A DNA stretch of 64,000 nt, taken from NCBI GenBank assembly GCA_020137815.1, contig CM035355.1, positions 7,440,001 through 7,504,000 on the forward strand, given 5' to 3'. Under the pieces are notes generated by a model, which was not told the DNA's origin, did not search any database, and was given only the letters and a program-made list of their open reading frames with translations. Made by a program: the position numbers and the translations under genes. Each line of letters starts with the position of its first letter. Within the stretch, counting starts at the first letter, position 1. Shown one piece after another: positions 14,675 to 27,851 of the stretch. This DNA is from Hormiphora californensis (lineage: Eukaryota; Animalia; Ctenophora).

Positions 14675-17600
14675 TCATTCGACTTTGGTGACATAGTTGG
14701 CGGGGAAAACACCCTGTTTTCCGTTCACACACCCCCTCCACCAGTGAATGTCGGTGTCATCAAGAATCTGGATCTCTTGGCCACGTCTCAGGGACATTTC
14801 ACCCGTTTCAACAGGGCTGAAGTCAAACAGCGCCTTGCATCTTCGCAACTGAGGATAGGGAGTTGGCGTGTTAAAGGGGTGGATAAAAGGGGGTTGAGAG
14901 GTTTGGGATTGAAGTTGGCCGTTGGGAAATCGCGGGGAAATATGTTCTAGCCCTTCGATTACGAGAGAGGGCAAGGGATAATAAAAGGCAAGGGAGAATG
15001 GGGAGTAAAGTAGTCTCATTTATGGACCGAGAGATCGAGTAGAGAGTTAGATATGGGGCGTGACAATGAAATATGTGAGGGTACGCAGTTGGGATGGTAA
15101 CTGTGTGTGAGTGAGTGAGGTCAGATACCAATTTCGTTGGGAAATTAAGTTTTGCTCAGTCACTCCCTCTCATTTTCTTTGGGTGTGGCTAGAGAGAGCT
15201 TGGAAGAAGCTGTCAGTTCTAGAAAGCTTCATGACCTAACCGCCAACATCACACCCACATTCTTCCTGGTTTATTAGAGAATATCTCTACTCATTATCCA
15301 ATTATCTCAGTTCATTTTGTGATGACTCACAACTGTAAAAAACTCCCACCAAGTCACGTGACTTTTCACGTTGCGCGCATTTTGACAAATACTCAAGTAC
15401 TCGCGCGCTACGTTTACGTCTTGGAGAATTGAACAAGTGCCAATCGGTGACACGGCCTGTCACAACAGCAGCTGCTCGGTGCATGCAGCATATTTCTATG
15501 GCGGCGGGTTCTTTCATCATTATAGTGCTTCAGTAGTGCACTATCGGCTGGAGGAACAATCGTTGATCTACAGTTTATCAACAGTAGTTCTTTCGAATTT
15601 GCACTACAATCTTTTCCTCGGCGTCTCCCACTAACCCTCTCTATCTCACTGCCGATCTCTCCTTTCTCGTTTCTCTCTCCAGTCTCCCTCTCTCTTCCTC
15701 TCTAGCCGCCCTGTTAACATGAATAGTTCATGTAAGGGTTCATGTGAAACCATGTAAGGGAGGAGGAGGAGGAGCAAACAAAGCATGTGGAGATTTCGCT
15801 CTCACCCTCTCTCTCTCTATCTCTCTCCTTCTCTCCCCATCTCTCCCCTCAGCCTCTCCCTCGCTCTCCCACGCTTTACACTCGCACGCACACCCAAACG
15901 AAGTAAGTTAGAGCTGTAAGTGGGGTTAGGTTAGGACATATATTATAGAGCGGATTGGCTAGGAGGATTCGCAGAGTGAATACGACACCATCTCTACTTC
16001 TCTCTCTATAATTATACTTTACTTGAACTTTTTTTGGATCGGCCAGGTAAGTATATTAAATTTTTCACACGCTTTTTTTCAGAAAAAGGCCACTTAGTTA
16101 GGGGATTTTAGTATATTTTTTCAGCAAAATTTTTAACAAGCTAATTTCTTCACCAATAGGTCAGGATAGGTGTCTAGTATCACCAAAAAAAAGTACACGA
16201 TAATCGGAAGTGCGCACGCGCGCTGAGCGCGCAAGAAGTAAACACATGTAAATACATGTATTTCTAGCCTGGCACGAAAACCCAAAAACCATCTTAGGAG
16301 ACGAGTAGAGAAAAAATCAATTATCCAATTATCTAATTAACCAGATGAGATAGAGACTTAATTCCAGCACCTACCCCCACTAATGCGAGGACGCTACACA
16401 ATCTAGTGCCCTTGATTTTTTCTCTACTCGTCTCCTAAGATGGTTTTTGGGTTTTCGTGCCAGGCTAGAAATAAATGTATTTACATGTGTTTACTTCTTG
16501 CGCGCTCAGCGCGCGTGCGCACTTCCGATTATCGTGTACTTTTTTTTGGTGATACTAGACACCTATCCGGACCTATTGGTGAAGAAATTAGCTTGTTAAA
16601 AATTTTGCTGAAAACTTGGCCCTTTTTTTACTAAAATCCCCTTATTAACTCGAGACAGTACGGACAAGTCTATGATCTTCCGCCTTTCTATTTTGTTCCA
16701 TCTAAATATCTCTATGTAGACACTAAAATAACTAGCGGCAGAGACATTGTTCTACTGCAAACAGGCCTGCAAACGAGCTAGAAATTAACAAGCCTCGTTA
16801 TAACATATGGCTGGTTGCCAAGATGCCGCTGATAACTGATTGTCTGATTGGGACACGGACACGGATCTAGATTATCATAGAACAGATCTCCTGGTAATCA
16901 GTAATGGACATAACAGTGATCAGACTGATCACATTGTACACACTAAATAATAATAAGTAATATATCCATCCTCTAAATATTTAGAACCAGCAGTACAGTC
17001 GGGCCCCGATTTAGTGACATCCTCGGGGGAAAAAATCCTGCCACTAAATCGGGGTGCCACTAAATCGGGGTGCCACTAAATCGGGGCCCGACTGTAGTAT
17101 CTAGTTTTTGTTCTGGAGAAATCTGATTTTCTCTACCCGTTACCGCTGATAAAGGGGAAATACACGGCTAAGTGATTTTACACAGCCTAGAATTATCTCT
17201 TTCTCCCTCTCATTCTCTCCCACTTTTCTCCCTCTCATTCTCTCACTTTAATTTCCTCACTAGCCTTGTTGCTGCTAGTGTTATATACCAAATTACTCAT
17301 GACGTCATTCTTTTTCCTGGATCTGACACCTGCAGTGCACGTCCTGCACTGATTACTGAATACACGTCAGAATAAAAAACAGGAGCTGATTTGATATTGG
17401 ATAAAATGTGGCCCCATGAATGGTGGTAGACATGTCTAGACATATTATGGAATGTGATAATGAAGATATTGACGGATGACAAATTGGTGTTCCGACTGAA
17501 CCATGAGATATAGATGTGTGTGTAGCACAAGCAGAATAGAAGGGGAGGGGAAGGAGATGTGTGTGTAGCACAAGCAGAATAGAAGGGGAGGGACGAAGGT

Positions 17601-20600
17601 TCCAGGCCGGCCGCGATTTAACGGACTAATACACCCAACTAGCCCGTTAATACACCCAACTAGCCCGGAAAATTGGGATCAGGATGTAAGCTGAGAATGT
17701 GCTAGTTACCTTTTTATTTGGAGACTTCAGGAACAGTTTTGAGTTAGTTGTCACAGTGTTGCTCTTGTAATACTCAATCAGGGCGTTTAGTGACTTGAAC
17801 TTTTTTAACCTGAACAGGAAGGGATGAAAGTTACAATATTATGTCATGCCTGTGGGAAGAATTAGCACATTTGTTTTGAATAAGCTGTGAAATGAAGTTC
17901 TTACCACCGTTACTACGTTATGACGTGATGTGGGAATACACGAAACAAACACATGGAGCTTCAATTCCTAATATGGAATGGCTCCAATTCCTTATATAGT
18001 CGAATTTTTTATTTAAGCGACAGGCCGCCGCACACTCAATTAGTTAATTGGCCATATCTCCGGTTCCTGATAAGATAAAGACTTGATCCTGGTTGCGTTG
18101 GAAAGATAAACCTATCACTCCAGTGTTCCAGCGTTCCTGATATTCTTCAACAAGCATTGGTTTTTCCTACGATTAAGAACCCCCATGGGGACAAAGACTC
18201 CTTATCCAACTACCGTCCAGTCTCCAACCTACCGTTTATCTCCAAATTACTGGAAAAGGTTGTCCTAGAGCAGCTGAACTCATACCTCAATGAGAATGAG
18301 TTACTGAACAAACATCAATCGGGTTATCGGGTGGGACATAGTTGTGAAACACTCCTGATGGGTATGTTTGATGATTTACTACGAGACCTTGATGAAGGAA
18401 AGGTCACTGGCCTCTTTCTTTTAGACATGAGTGCCGCCTTTGATACAGTGGACCATGGGAAGCTGCTAGAGACTCTGGAAGGACGTTTTGGAGTGAAAGG
18501 CTCTGTGCTGGATTGGTTTGCCAGCTATCTACAGTGTAGGAATTACCGAGTTAATGTGGAGGGGGAGCTTTCGAGGATCATCACGCTGATATGTGGAGTT
18601 CCACAGGGGTCACTGCTTGGGCCGGTATTGTTCTTGTTGTATGTCGAGGAGCTCCAGGACTTGGTTAGACCCTTTGGTCTGAGGATTAAGCTATACGCCG
18701 ATGACTCTCAACTGTACATCAGTCTTGTGCCTACTGACGAGGATGGTTGGAATGCAGCGAAGGAGAGGATTGAGGAGTGTCTATCAAGTGTGAAACTGTG
18801 GATGAGTGATCACTGGCTTAAGTGTAATGAGGCAAAGACAGAGTTTTTACTGTTAGGTAAGAGCAGTGCTCTGGATAAGATGGTCTTCCAGCCCACGGTA
18901 AGCTTTGGAGGAGTGGAAATCAGCCCTATGGAATTTACTGGATCTGCAGGGAAGACCCTGGGTGTATTCCTTGACAGTAACATTTCGATGGAAAGGCAGA
19001 TCAACAGTGTTAAGAAGCAATGTGGAATGCTTCTCAAGAATTTGTGGCAGGTTAACCGATGTTTGGATAAACCGACCAAGATGCTTCTGGTGAAGCAACT
19101 CATCGTTTCGAGACTTGACTACTGTAATGTCCTTTATTCTGGCTTACCAAAGAAGCTCCTGGATAGCTTGCAGCGAGTTCTGAACTCATGTGTCAGATTT
19201 GTGTATGGCCTGTATGGTCACCAGGACAGTTACATGCCCTACTTGAGTGAAATGCACGTCCTCCCGATTGAACAGCGAGTTAAGTTCAAGGTTTGCTTAA
19301 TGGCGTACAAGATTGTGCATGGCTTGGCTCCAGTGTACCTGCAGGAACAGGTCCCTGTGGATGATGGACTACATGTGATCCGGACTACCAGAGGAAACGC
19401 TCAGCCTGATGGCCTCAAGCTGAGGTATCCTAAGCTATCCAGTGTGAATGCAACTTCTAAGTTGAGGAGGAGACGTCCGTCGGTTTATCTGCCTGAAATC
19501 TGGAATAAGCTTTCCATTGATCTGAGAGCAATTGACTCTGTGGACTCTTTCAAGTCTAAGCTAAAGACTAGTCTCTTCATTGAGGCTTTCGGTGAATCCT
19601 GATTGTCCTATGAGTGTTCTCTCCATCTTACTGAGGTTTGTTCTCTAGCTGGTACCTGTTTTATTTTTTCTGTATTTTGGCTCGTGGCGAGCAGAAGTGT
19701 GAAGCACGTTTTGGGTTTTTTCATAGCACGAGTGTTTTCTATCTATTGGACTTTTAAACCATCTTTTTAGAGTTCCAGGACTCTATCTCAGTCTGTTATG
19801 TTTTCAGTTACCGATAGTTATGTGGGCCGTTGTTTTTTTCTTTACCATTTTTTGTGCAATATTAAGGATAAGTCGGCAGGTATATTCAAGTATGTTAACC
19901 GTTCAGATCATCCTTCAGTGACAGCAACAGTTCTACTGCTCTGTCCCTGTCGGATATGGGCGGAATACAAACATAGTTATTATTATTATTATTATCTTTC
20001 CAATGGCACCAAGAAAAAGTCGCTAGCTTATCAGGAACCGGAAATCGATTTCAAGCGCTGCATTTTGATGCACGGCGGCCTGTCGCTTAAATAAAAAATT
20101 GGACTTTATGGATTGATGAAATGATAGCTCCATATGGTGAAATATGTTTCTCTGAAAAATGGTGAATGTCATTTGTTATGATAGAAAATATAAATGCTGT
20201 TAGAGGAATGAAGAGAACTAACAGAGGGTGTGTGAAGAGAGAAAGGGATTTACAGCCATATGGTAGTTTTGACAATATTAGACACCCACGTACAACAGTT
20301 GACTGGACAGTTGCCTAAAAATACAAAATTACAGTCTAATTATTGCACTTCACCGTGGTGGGTTATGTAACTTCTTTAGAAGAAAAAGTTCTCGTCCTAG
20401 CTTGTACCGATCTAAAAACCGCAAACGGCCCGGCTACTTCCCCTAACTCTCTCTGTGAGAGGTAACAAAACTCCAGTTATTCCAGAACATGCTGCCCCAC
20501 CCCATCTAAGTTATTGGGGCAGGGGGCGGGGCAGCATTTAGTTGCTAGGGAAACAGACAAGTAGGGGGCGGGGCAGCATTTAGTTGCTAGGGAAATAGAG

Positions 20601-23600
20601 AAGTAGGGGTGGGGCAGCATTTAGTTACTATGGAAAAAGACAAGTAGGAAACACAGTAATAACGGAACTTATTATTAAACCCACACAGACATGTATCAGT
20701 CAAATGAGCCGCCTGAACAGCAGTATGAAAATACACGAATGATGGTGAATAGGTCCTGGATTATTATAAGAAGTAGGTAATATGATAAGAGGGATCAGAA
20801 GGTGTGTGGTTGTGTAACTCACCAAATGTAGTACAGGCCATCCTTGTCCGGGAGTAGCTTGAAATGGTGAACTGATTCCTTGCCACTCCTAACAGACAGT
20901 GAGAAGGCCCCTGAAACAGAGTGAGTAGTTGAGAGTAGTCTTGAAACATAGAGAGTGAGAGAATGTAACGTTCTTACTGAAACAGAGAGAGTGAGTAGTG
21001 TGAGCATTTAGAATTCTTGGAAAGTGTATGAGATTAGTTAGGGCATTTTAGCGAAAAAAAGGCCAAGTCTTAAGCAAAATTTTTAACAAGCTAATTTCTT
21101 CACCAGTAGGTAGGTAGGTGCTCTAGTATGACCAAAAAAAAAGATACGATAATCGGAAGTGCGCACGCGCGCTGAGCGCACAAAAAGTAAACACATGTAA
21201 ATACATGTTTTTCTAGCCTGGCATGAAAACCCTAAAACCATCTTAGGAGACGAGTAGAGAAAAAATCAAGGGCACTAGATTGTGTAGCGTCCTCGCATTA
21301 GTGGGGGTAGGTTCTGGAATTAAGTCTCTATCTCATCTGGTTAATTAGATAATTGGATAATTAGATATGCGCATAACCGTATTTTGGCTATATGGCTATA
21401 GCCACTTAGGAATGGTTTAGAGACTTTTCACTGGTGCCATTTTGTAGGCAATAGCCAAGTTATGGGGGGTCGACGTCGGACTTTTAAGCTCTATCTCTAA
21501 CCGTTTAGCCGCTATTTGGCTTTAAAGATGCTCAAAATCGGGCTTTTTACCGTTTTTGCTCATTTTGAGCATCTTTAAAGCCAAATAACGGCCAAACGGT
21601 TGGAGATAGAGCTTAAAAGTCCGACGTCAACCCCCCATAACTTGGCTATTGCCTACAAAATGGCACCAGTGAAAAGTCTCTAAACCATTCCTAAGTGGCT
21701 ATAGCCATATAGCCAAAATACGGTTATGCGCATATCTAATTATCCAATTATCTAATTAACCAGATGAGATAGAGACTTAATTCCAGAACCTACCCCCACT
21801 AATGCGAGGACGCTACACAATCTAGTGCCCTTGATTTTTTCTCTACTCGTCTCCTAAGATGGTTTTGGGTTTTCATGTATTTACATGTGTTTACTTTTTG
21901 TGCGCTCAGCGCGCGTGCGCACTTCCGATTATCGTATCTTTTTTTTGGTCATACTAGACACCTACCCGGACCTACTGGTGAAGAAATTAGCTTGTTAAAA
22001 ATTTTGCGGATAAAATTTACTATTATTCCCTTACTAGATAAAGGGAAATAATAATATTTTCTGTGAGGTAATCGCCGAGGGCACGGTGCCCCTGAAGGAC
22101 GTTCCACCTCGACCGAGTCCCCCAGCAAAACGAACGGTTGTGTGACCTAAAGGGGACCTCTGGGAACTACGGAGGACCGTGGGGGAAAAGATTTAAAAGT
22201 AGCCTAAAAAATTAAAACGATAGAAAGATAGCTATCGTTTTTTTCACTTTGAAAATACGACATTTCTTTAACAAAATCCTTGATCAGGAAGATGCAAGTG
22301 TCTCCCACCTATTTTTTGACGTAGAATCGAATGCCGTTGAAGTCAAATCTCTAAAATGTTAGAAAAATGGTGAAAATCGCGTTTTTAGGTGTTTTTTGGT
22401 GAAAAAAGCGTTCAAACTGGTACTAGATGATGAGATAGAGTCCCAAAAGTATGACAAATCGCTTTTTTGGGACCTTTTCGCCCTAGAAGCAGATTTTTAT
22501 GAAAATCTGGTTCAGCGCCTATTCTCTGTATACTTTCAAAGAAGGTGAATATTGCTCTAATTTAGCCAATTTTGAAGAAAAGTCATCCAAAACAGTACTA
22601 GATGATGAGATAGTGGCCCAAAAATATAACTAATCGATGTTTTGGGTCTTTTCCGTCCTAGAAACAAATTTGCATAGCGGTCGGATGATACCTTTCCTCT
22701 CGGTAGGCCTCTGAAGTAGGTGGAAATAGCCAAAATATAGCGATTGCGGCAAATGAATGTGAATAAACGTTTACCAAACCCACTTCATCATCATGTATGG
22801 CTCTTGCATAGTCCAGTAGCCCAGAGATAGGTCATACATGATGCTAAAGTGGGTTTGGTCAACGTTTATTCACATTCATTTGCCGCAATCGCTATATTTT
22901 GGCTATTTCCACCTACTTCAGAGGCCTACCGAGAGGAAAGGTATCATCCGACCGCTATGCAAATTTGTTTCTAGGACGGAAAAGACCCAAAACATCGATT
23001 AGTTATATTTTTGGGCCACTATCTCATCATCTAGTACTGTTTTGGATGACTTTTCTTCAAAATTGGCTAAATTAGAGCAATATTCACCTTCTTTGAAAGT
23101 ATACAGAGAATAGGCGCTGAACCAGATTTTCATAAAAATCTGCTTCTAGGGCGAAAAGGTCCCAAAAAAGCGATTTGTCATACTTTTGGGACTCTATCTC
23201 ATCATCTAGTACCAGTTTGAACGCTTTTTTCACCAAAAAACACCTAAAAACGCGATTTTCACCATTTTTCTAACATTTTAGAGATTTGACTTCAACGGCA
23301 TTCGATTCTACGTCAAAAAATAGGTGGGAGACACTTGCATCTTCCTGATCAAGGATTTTGTTAAAGAAATGTCGTATTTTCAAAGTGAAAAAAACGATAG
23401 CTATCTTTCTATCGTTTTAATTTTTTAGGCTACTTTTAAATCTTTTCCCCCACGGTCCTCCGTAGTTCCCAGAGGTCCCCTTTAGGTCACACAACCGTTC
23501 GTTTTGCTGGGGGACTCGGTCGAGGTGGAACGTCCTTAAGGGGCACCGTGAGGGAAACATGACTAGACAAGTGATGATTTGTCGACAGAGCGAGGGATAG

Positions 23601-26600
23601 AGAGGGATATAATATTTCTGGCGGAAATTTACATCACGAATAGGAATAACCCATTTTGATTTGTCGGACACCCCCTATAAATCAATGTTTAGATTCTCTG
23701 ATTCTGAAAGGTTTCCTAGGGATGAATTTGAAGCGAGGAAAAGGAAACTTGTTCGTATAGATGTGGTCGTGGTGGTGGTGCACTCCACTTTAGACCCCAT
23801 GTTTGTTTGTGTGTGTTGTGTAAAGTGTGAAACCTCCCACGGGTCCACTTGCTGTTTAAATAGATAGCACTGCAGAGCTACTACTACACAGGTGCTGGTG
23901 TCAAAATGATTTGAAAACATTCAATCACCGTCATTTCTTTAAACTTTCTATATCTCTCTTACTCTCCTTCTCTCAAGTACATACTGGACATATTTTACAC
24001 GTTTAAAAAATTTTTACGTCACCAGAATAAATATTATGCATGTTATGATTATGTATGTTTTGAATCTTCGATCTTCGTGTGTGATGTAAAGCTTTTAACT
24101 TACAAGGGGAACAACATAATTGCCTTTTAAGATGCAAAATCTTGGTCAACATCCCTAATTTCCCTACGTACCCTCCCCCATGAATTATTTTAGGAACTTT
24201 GAAGAGCTTGATAAGTGGCTAGAACAGTATCAAAGTTTGAGAAATGGCAAGTAGCAATCCTACAACGAGATGAGATGGTATCACACAACGATCAGGCACA
24301 ATTTGAGATGGATAACAAAGTGATTGACACAACGAGACACATTTCCTAATGTGTGCACTTATAAAAATAAACATTGTTCCATCAGCCCTTTAAATATCAG
24401 GTGTTCAAACCCTTTCACCACTTCTGGCAAAATGTTTCGGTTGCTGCTTCTATCTGTCCTGGTTGCGGCTGGGATCCAGGTGCTCCATGCTATAAAACAT
24501 GACGCAGACTTTGTCTTCCCCCTTGACATGCCCCAAGCTGAGAGGAAGTGTATGAAGAAATGTGGGTGTCTCTATGTAGTGGATGCAAAGGAGCAGGCGG
24601 ATTGTAGGGTGGAATGTCATTACAATTGTCTTCCGGATTATCAGCTAGAAGAGGTAAACTTATATAATCACTGCGCTGGCAAGCGCAAAGGTTGCCATTC
24701 CCCCCCCCCCTCAAAAAGCGCTGCCAGAAACGCAGTTATACGTTTTATGGGTTTCGTGCGCGCGTAGGAGAGACGCTTTTTATAAGTGAATGTGACGCCA
24801 AACGAAAAGAGATAGAGACTTCATCTTTTCACAGCTGGTAGATCTACTGGATGTGTGTGCATTAGTCGTAGTGGGGTCCCTTTTCATCGCCAGGAACGTC
24901 CTACAGAACGTCTTAAAGTCGTAATTTTTCAGACTCTAACCAAAATTCTTTGAGCTCAATTGACACCCTGAAGATGGATTCTAATCGAAAATCGAAGACT
25001 ATATCATGGAAAGAGAATTGTCTGAACTTTCAGACACGTGAACGCGAATTTTCAAAACTAGATGTATAAGGGTCTTAAAACGCGTCTAAAGTGTTATGAC
25101 TGTTTAAAAACAGATATGACGTTATGGGTTTCTTCGCTATAGCGGACTCAAATCTCATCCAATCGATCTCAAACTTGGTCAGTATCTTCATCTAGGTGGA
25201 CCCGATATTATGACGTCATAATTTTGACGTTACAACGTCGTGACGTCGTTTTATGACGTCAAAATGACGTCAAAAATGATAATTTCTCAATTTCGCGACT
25301 CTAACCTCTCGGTACCTATTCTACTAAATCTACATGGATAAAAAAAATCCCAAAAATGATGCAAATTATACCAAAACTAATTGAAATTAGTAGGCCGGAA
25401 AGGTTGCCTTACGATTTGAGCTACCTTTGGCACCAGTAAATTCCCTTTTGAAGATAACCGAAGCATCTGTAACCTGTCTATACCCCGTGAAAGTTGCGGT
25501 GCCTAAGGTAGCTCAAATCGTAAGGCAACCTTTCCGGCCTACTAATTTCAATTAGTTTTGGTATAATAATATAACAGACAAAATAGTACATATGGTCATG
25601 TCATTTTTACTTTTTAGGGTTTTTTAACACCGTGGATATTATAGTGGAAGCTCTTTCGGTTTTGAGCCGCACGGCGCACGCGACTCAAATCCTGCTCTCT
25701 GATCGGCTGAAATTTCGAGTGTGCAAAATTTCAGCCAATCACAGCTTAGGACTTGAGCCGCACGCCCTGCTCAAAACCGTAAGAGCTTCCACTATTACGG
25801 GATTTTACTTACACTAACCGTACAATCGTCCGCAGACAAATGCTAAATTCGCTAAGGAATTTGGTAAAAATATTGGAGATATTGGAGTAGTGGCAGCGGC
25901 TGCCATGTGGAAAGAAACATTCGGGGATTCCGTCGATGCCGAATTCCACCCTCCACCCCCTGGCGGAAGAATGGGAGGCGGAGAGGATGATGGAGAGCAC
26001 CCGTTCCCACCACCCCCGCATGGAATGGACGGAGACCACTCGTACCCACCACACCCGCCACCCCCTCATGGAGAGGATGGAGAGCACCCGTACCCTCCAC
26101 CCCCGCATGGAGAGGATGGAGAGCACCCACCACCCCCTCATGGAGAGGATGGAGAGCACCCTCCACCCCCTCATGGAGAGGATGGAGAGCACCCGCCACC
26201 CCCTCATGGAGAGGATGGAGAGCACCCGTACCCGCCACCCCCTCATGGAGAGGATGGAGAGCACCCTCCACCCCCTCATGGAGAGGATGGAGAGCACCCG
26301 TATCCACCACCCCCTCATGGAGAGGATGGAGAGCACCCGTATCCACCACCCCCTCATGGCGAGGATGGTGAAATGGAGAATGGAAAATTCCCACCACCCC
26401 CTGGACACGATAGTGACCTAGAGGATGGAGAGCACCCACCACCACCCCCTCCCCCACACGGTGGAGGTAATGATAAAGGTAATTAAGCTCAGAGTACCTT
26501 TTGTTCTACCAAATTCCCTCCATTTTTTGACAGAGCGTCAAACCTCAATTCCGATGGCTAACAGATAGTTCTATGTTCGTTTTATTCCAGGATTCGATGG

Positions 26601-27134
26601 CTAAATATTAATTAATGTTTTTTTTTCAGGATCAGAATCAGATCAGGGAGGAAAGAAGAAGAAAGAAAAGAAGAAAAAGAAGAGTGCAGCAGAAAAGGCC
26701 GCCAACAAGAGAGAGAAACGAAAGCACAAGTGCATGGATAAGTGTATGAGAAAGTGTACGAAGGGTCAGGAAAAGACAAATGAGGTGAAAGATGGATGTG
26801 AAAATGAATGCGAAACTATAAAATGCAGGAGGTACTTCTAATCAGCGGAGAGTGACTTGTGTTGATGCCATCACGCTAAAAAATTACTAAAAAATTACTA
26901 AAAAAATTTAAGGAGAGTACGACCAATGCAACATATATGTGTTGTTAGTAGTGACAATATTGTAGTAATTTTACAACTTATTTGTCAAAATTTTAGTTCA
27001 ATTGTTTAGTTGAAGTTGAATTCTTTGTTCCTTTTCTTGTTTTTATTAAACAAAATACATAAGAATGGCAGAGTAGTAGAGGGAAAATAGAGAGGTAGTG
27101 AGAGAGAAAGAGAGAGAGAGAGAGAGAAAGAGAG

Positions 27135-27209
<75 letters not shown>

Positions 27210-27810
27210 AAGTATGTATGTTTGTTTATGTTAAAGTAAGGTATGCACTTGACATGCTATGTGCTTGCGAAAGTGTTAAAACACAGTAACACTAAAATGA
27301 TCAGGTGACTCAGTGATATGATTTAAACCCTTATAATAAGCATACCGAAAACATGTTATTTATTCTCTATTTAAAATAGAGTAAAAGCTTTTTGATAATA
27401 CATACCTAAATTCAGCGTTGTCTAGACCGCCTAATGGCTAGCAGGCAGCAGCTGACGCAGGAAACTTGATATTCGATCAAACGGTGAAACAGGCGAAAGA
27501 GAGAAAGTTGGAGATGAAAAAGGGAGAGCTCAGAGAGAGAGAGAAAGAGAGGCTACGTGTCGGTTTGTGGTAGCACGAGAAAAGGGACACTCAAAAGTTG
27601 ATTAATTTACTCTCAACTGACACATACTGTCTGCTTCAAGCCACCAACAACACAGCCTAGAAACAGCTCGAAGCTTGTTATGATTCCTAGACGTGTTATA
27701 TGGATGTTTGCCACTGGAAAATGAATGGTTTTGTGTGTCTGTGTTTCAGTGAAAAACATCATACAGAGATCTTAGATCATGTTCATATTTGAGTCTCTCT
27801 CTCTCTCTCT

Positions 27811-27851
<41 letters not shown>

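Noticed and set aside
14849-15019. Pro/Gln-rich linker suggesting a GADS/GRAP2-like protein
   Set aside because: The phase-0 donor of exon 5 matches the acceptor at 14849, so this stretch is intronic and the protein is canonical GRB2 length.
22082-22125. Full V(D)J-type RSS or ProtoRAG TIR
   Set aside because: The heptamer-like end is present, but there is no ACAAAAACC-like nonamer at 12 or 23 bp, and the TSD is 4 bp rather than 5 bp.
25809-26457. Antisense and alternate-frame ORFs over the His/Pro repeat
   Set aside because: Only the PPPPHGEDGEH frame links by in-phase splice sites to a signal-peptide exon and a terminal exon.
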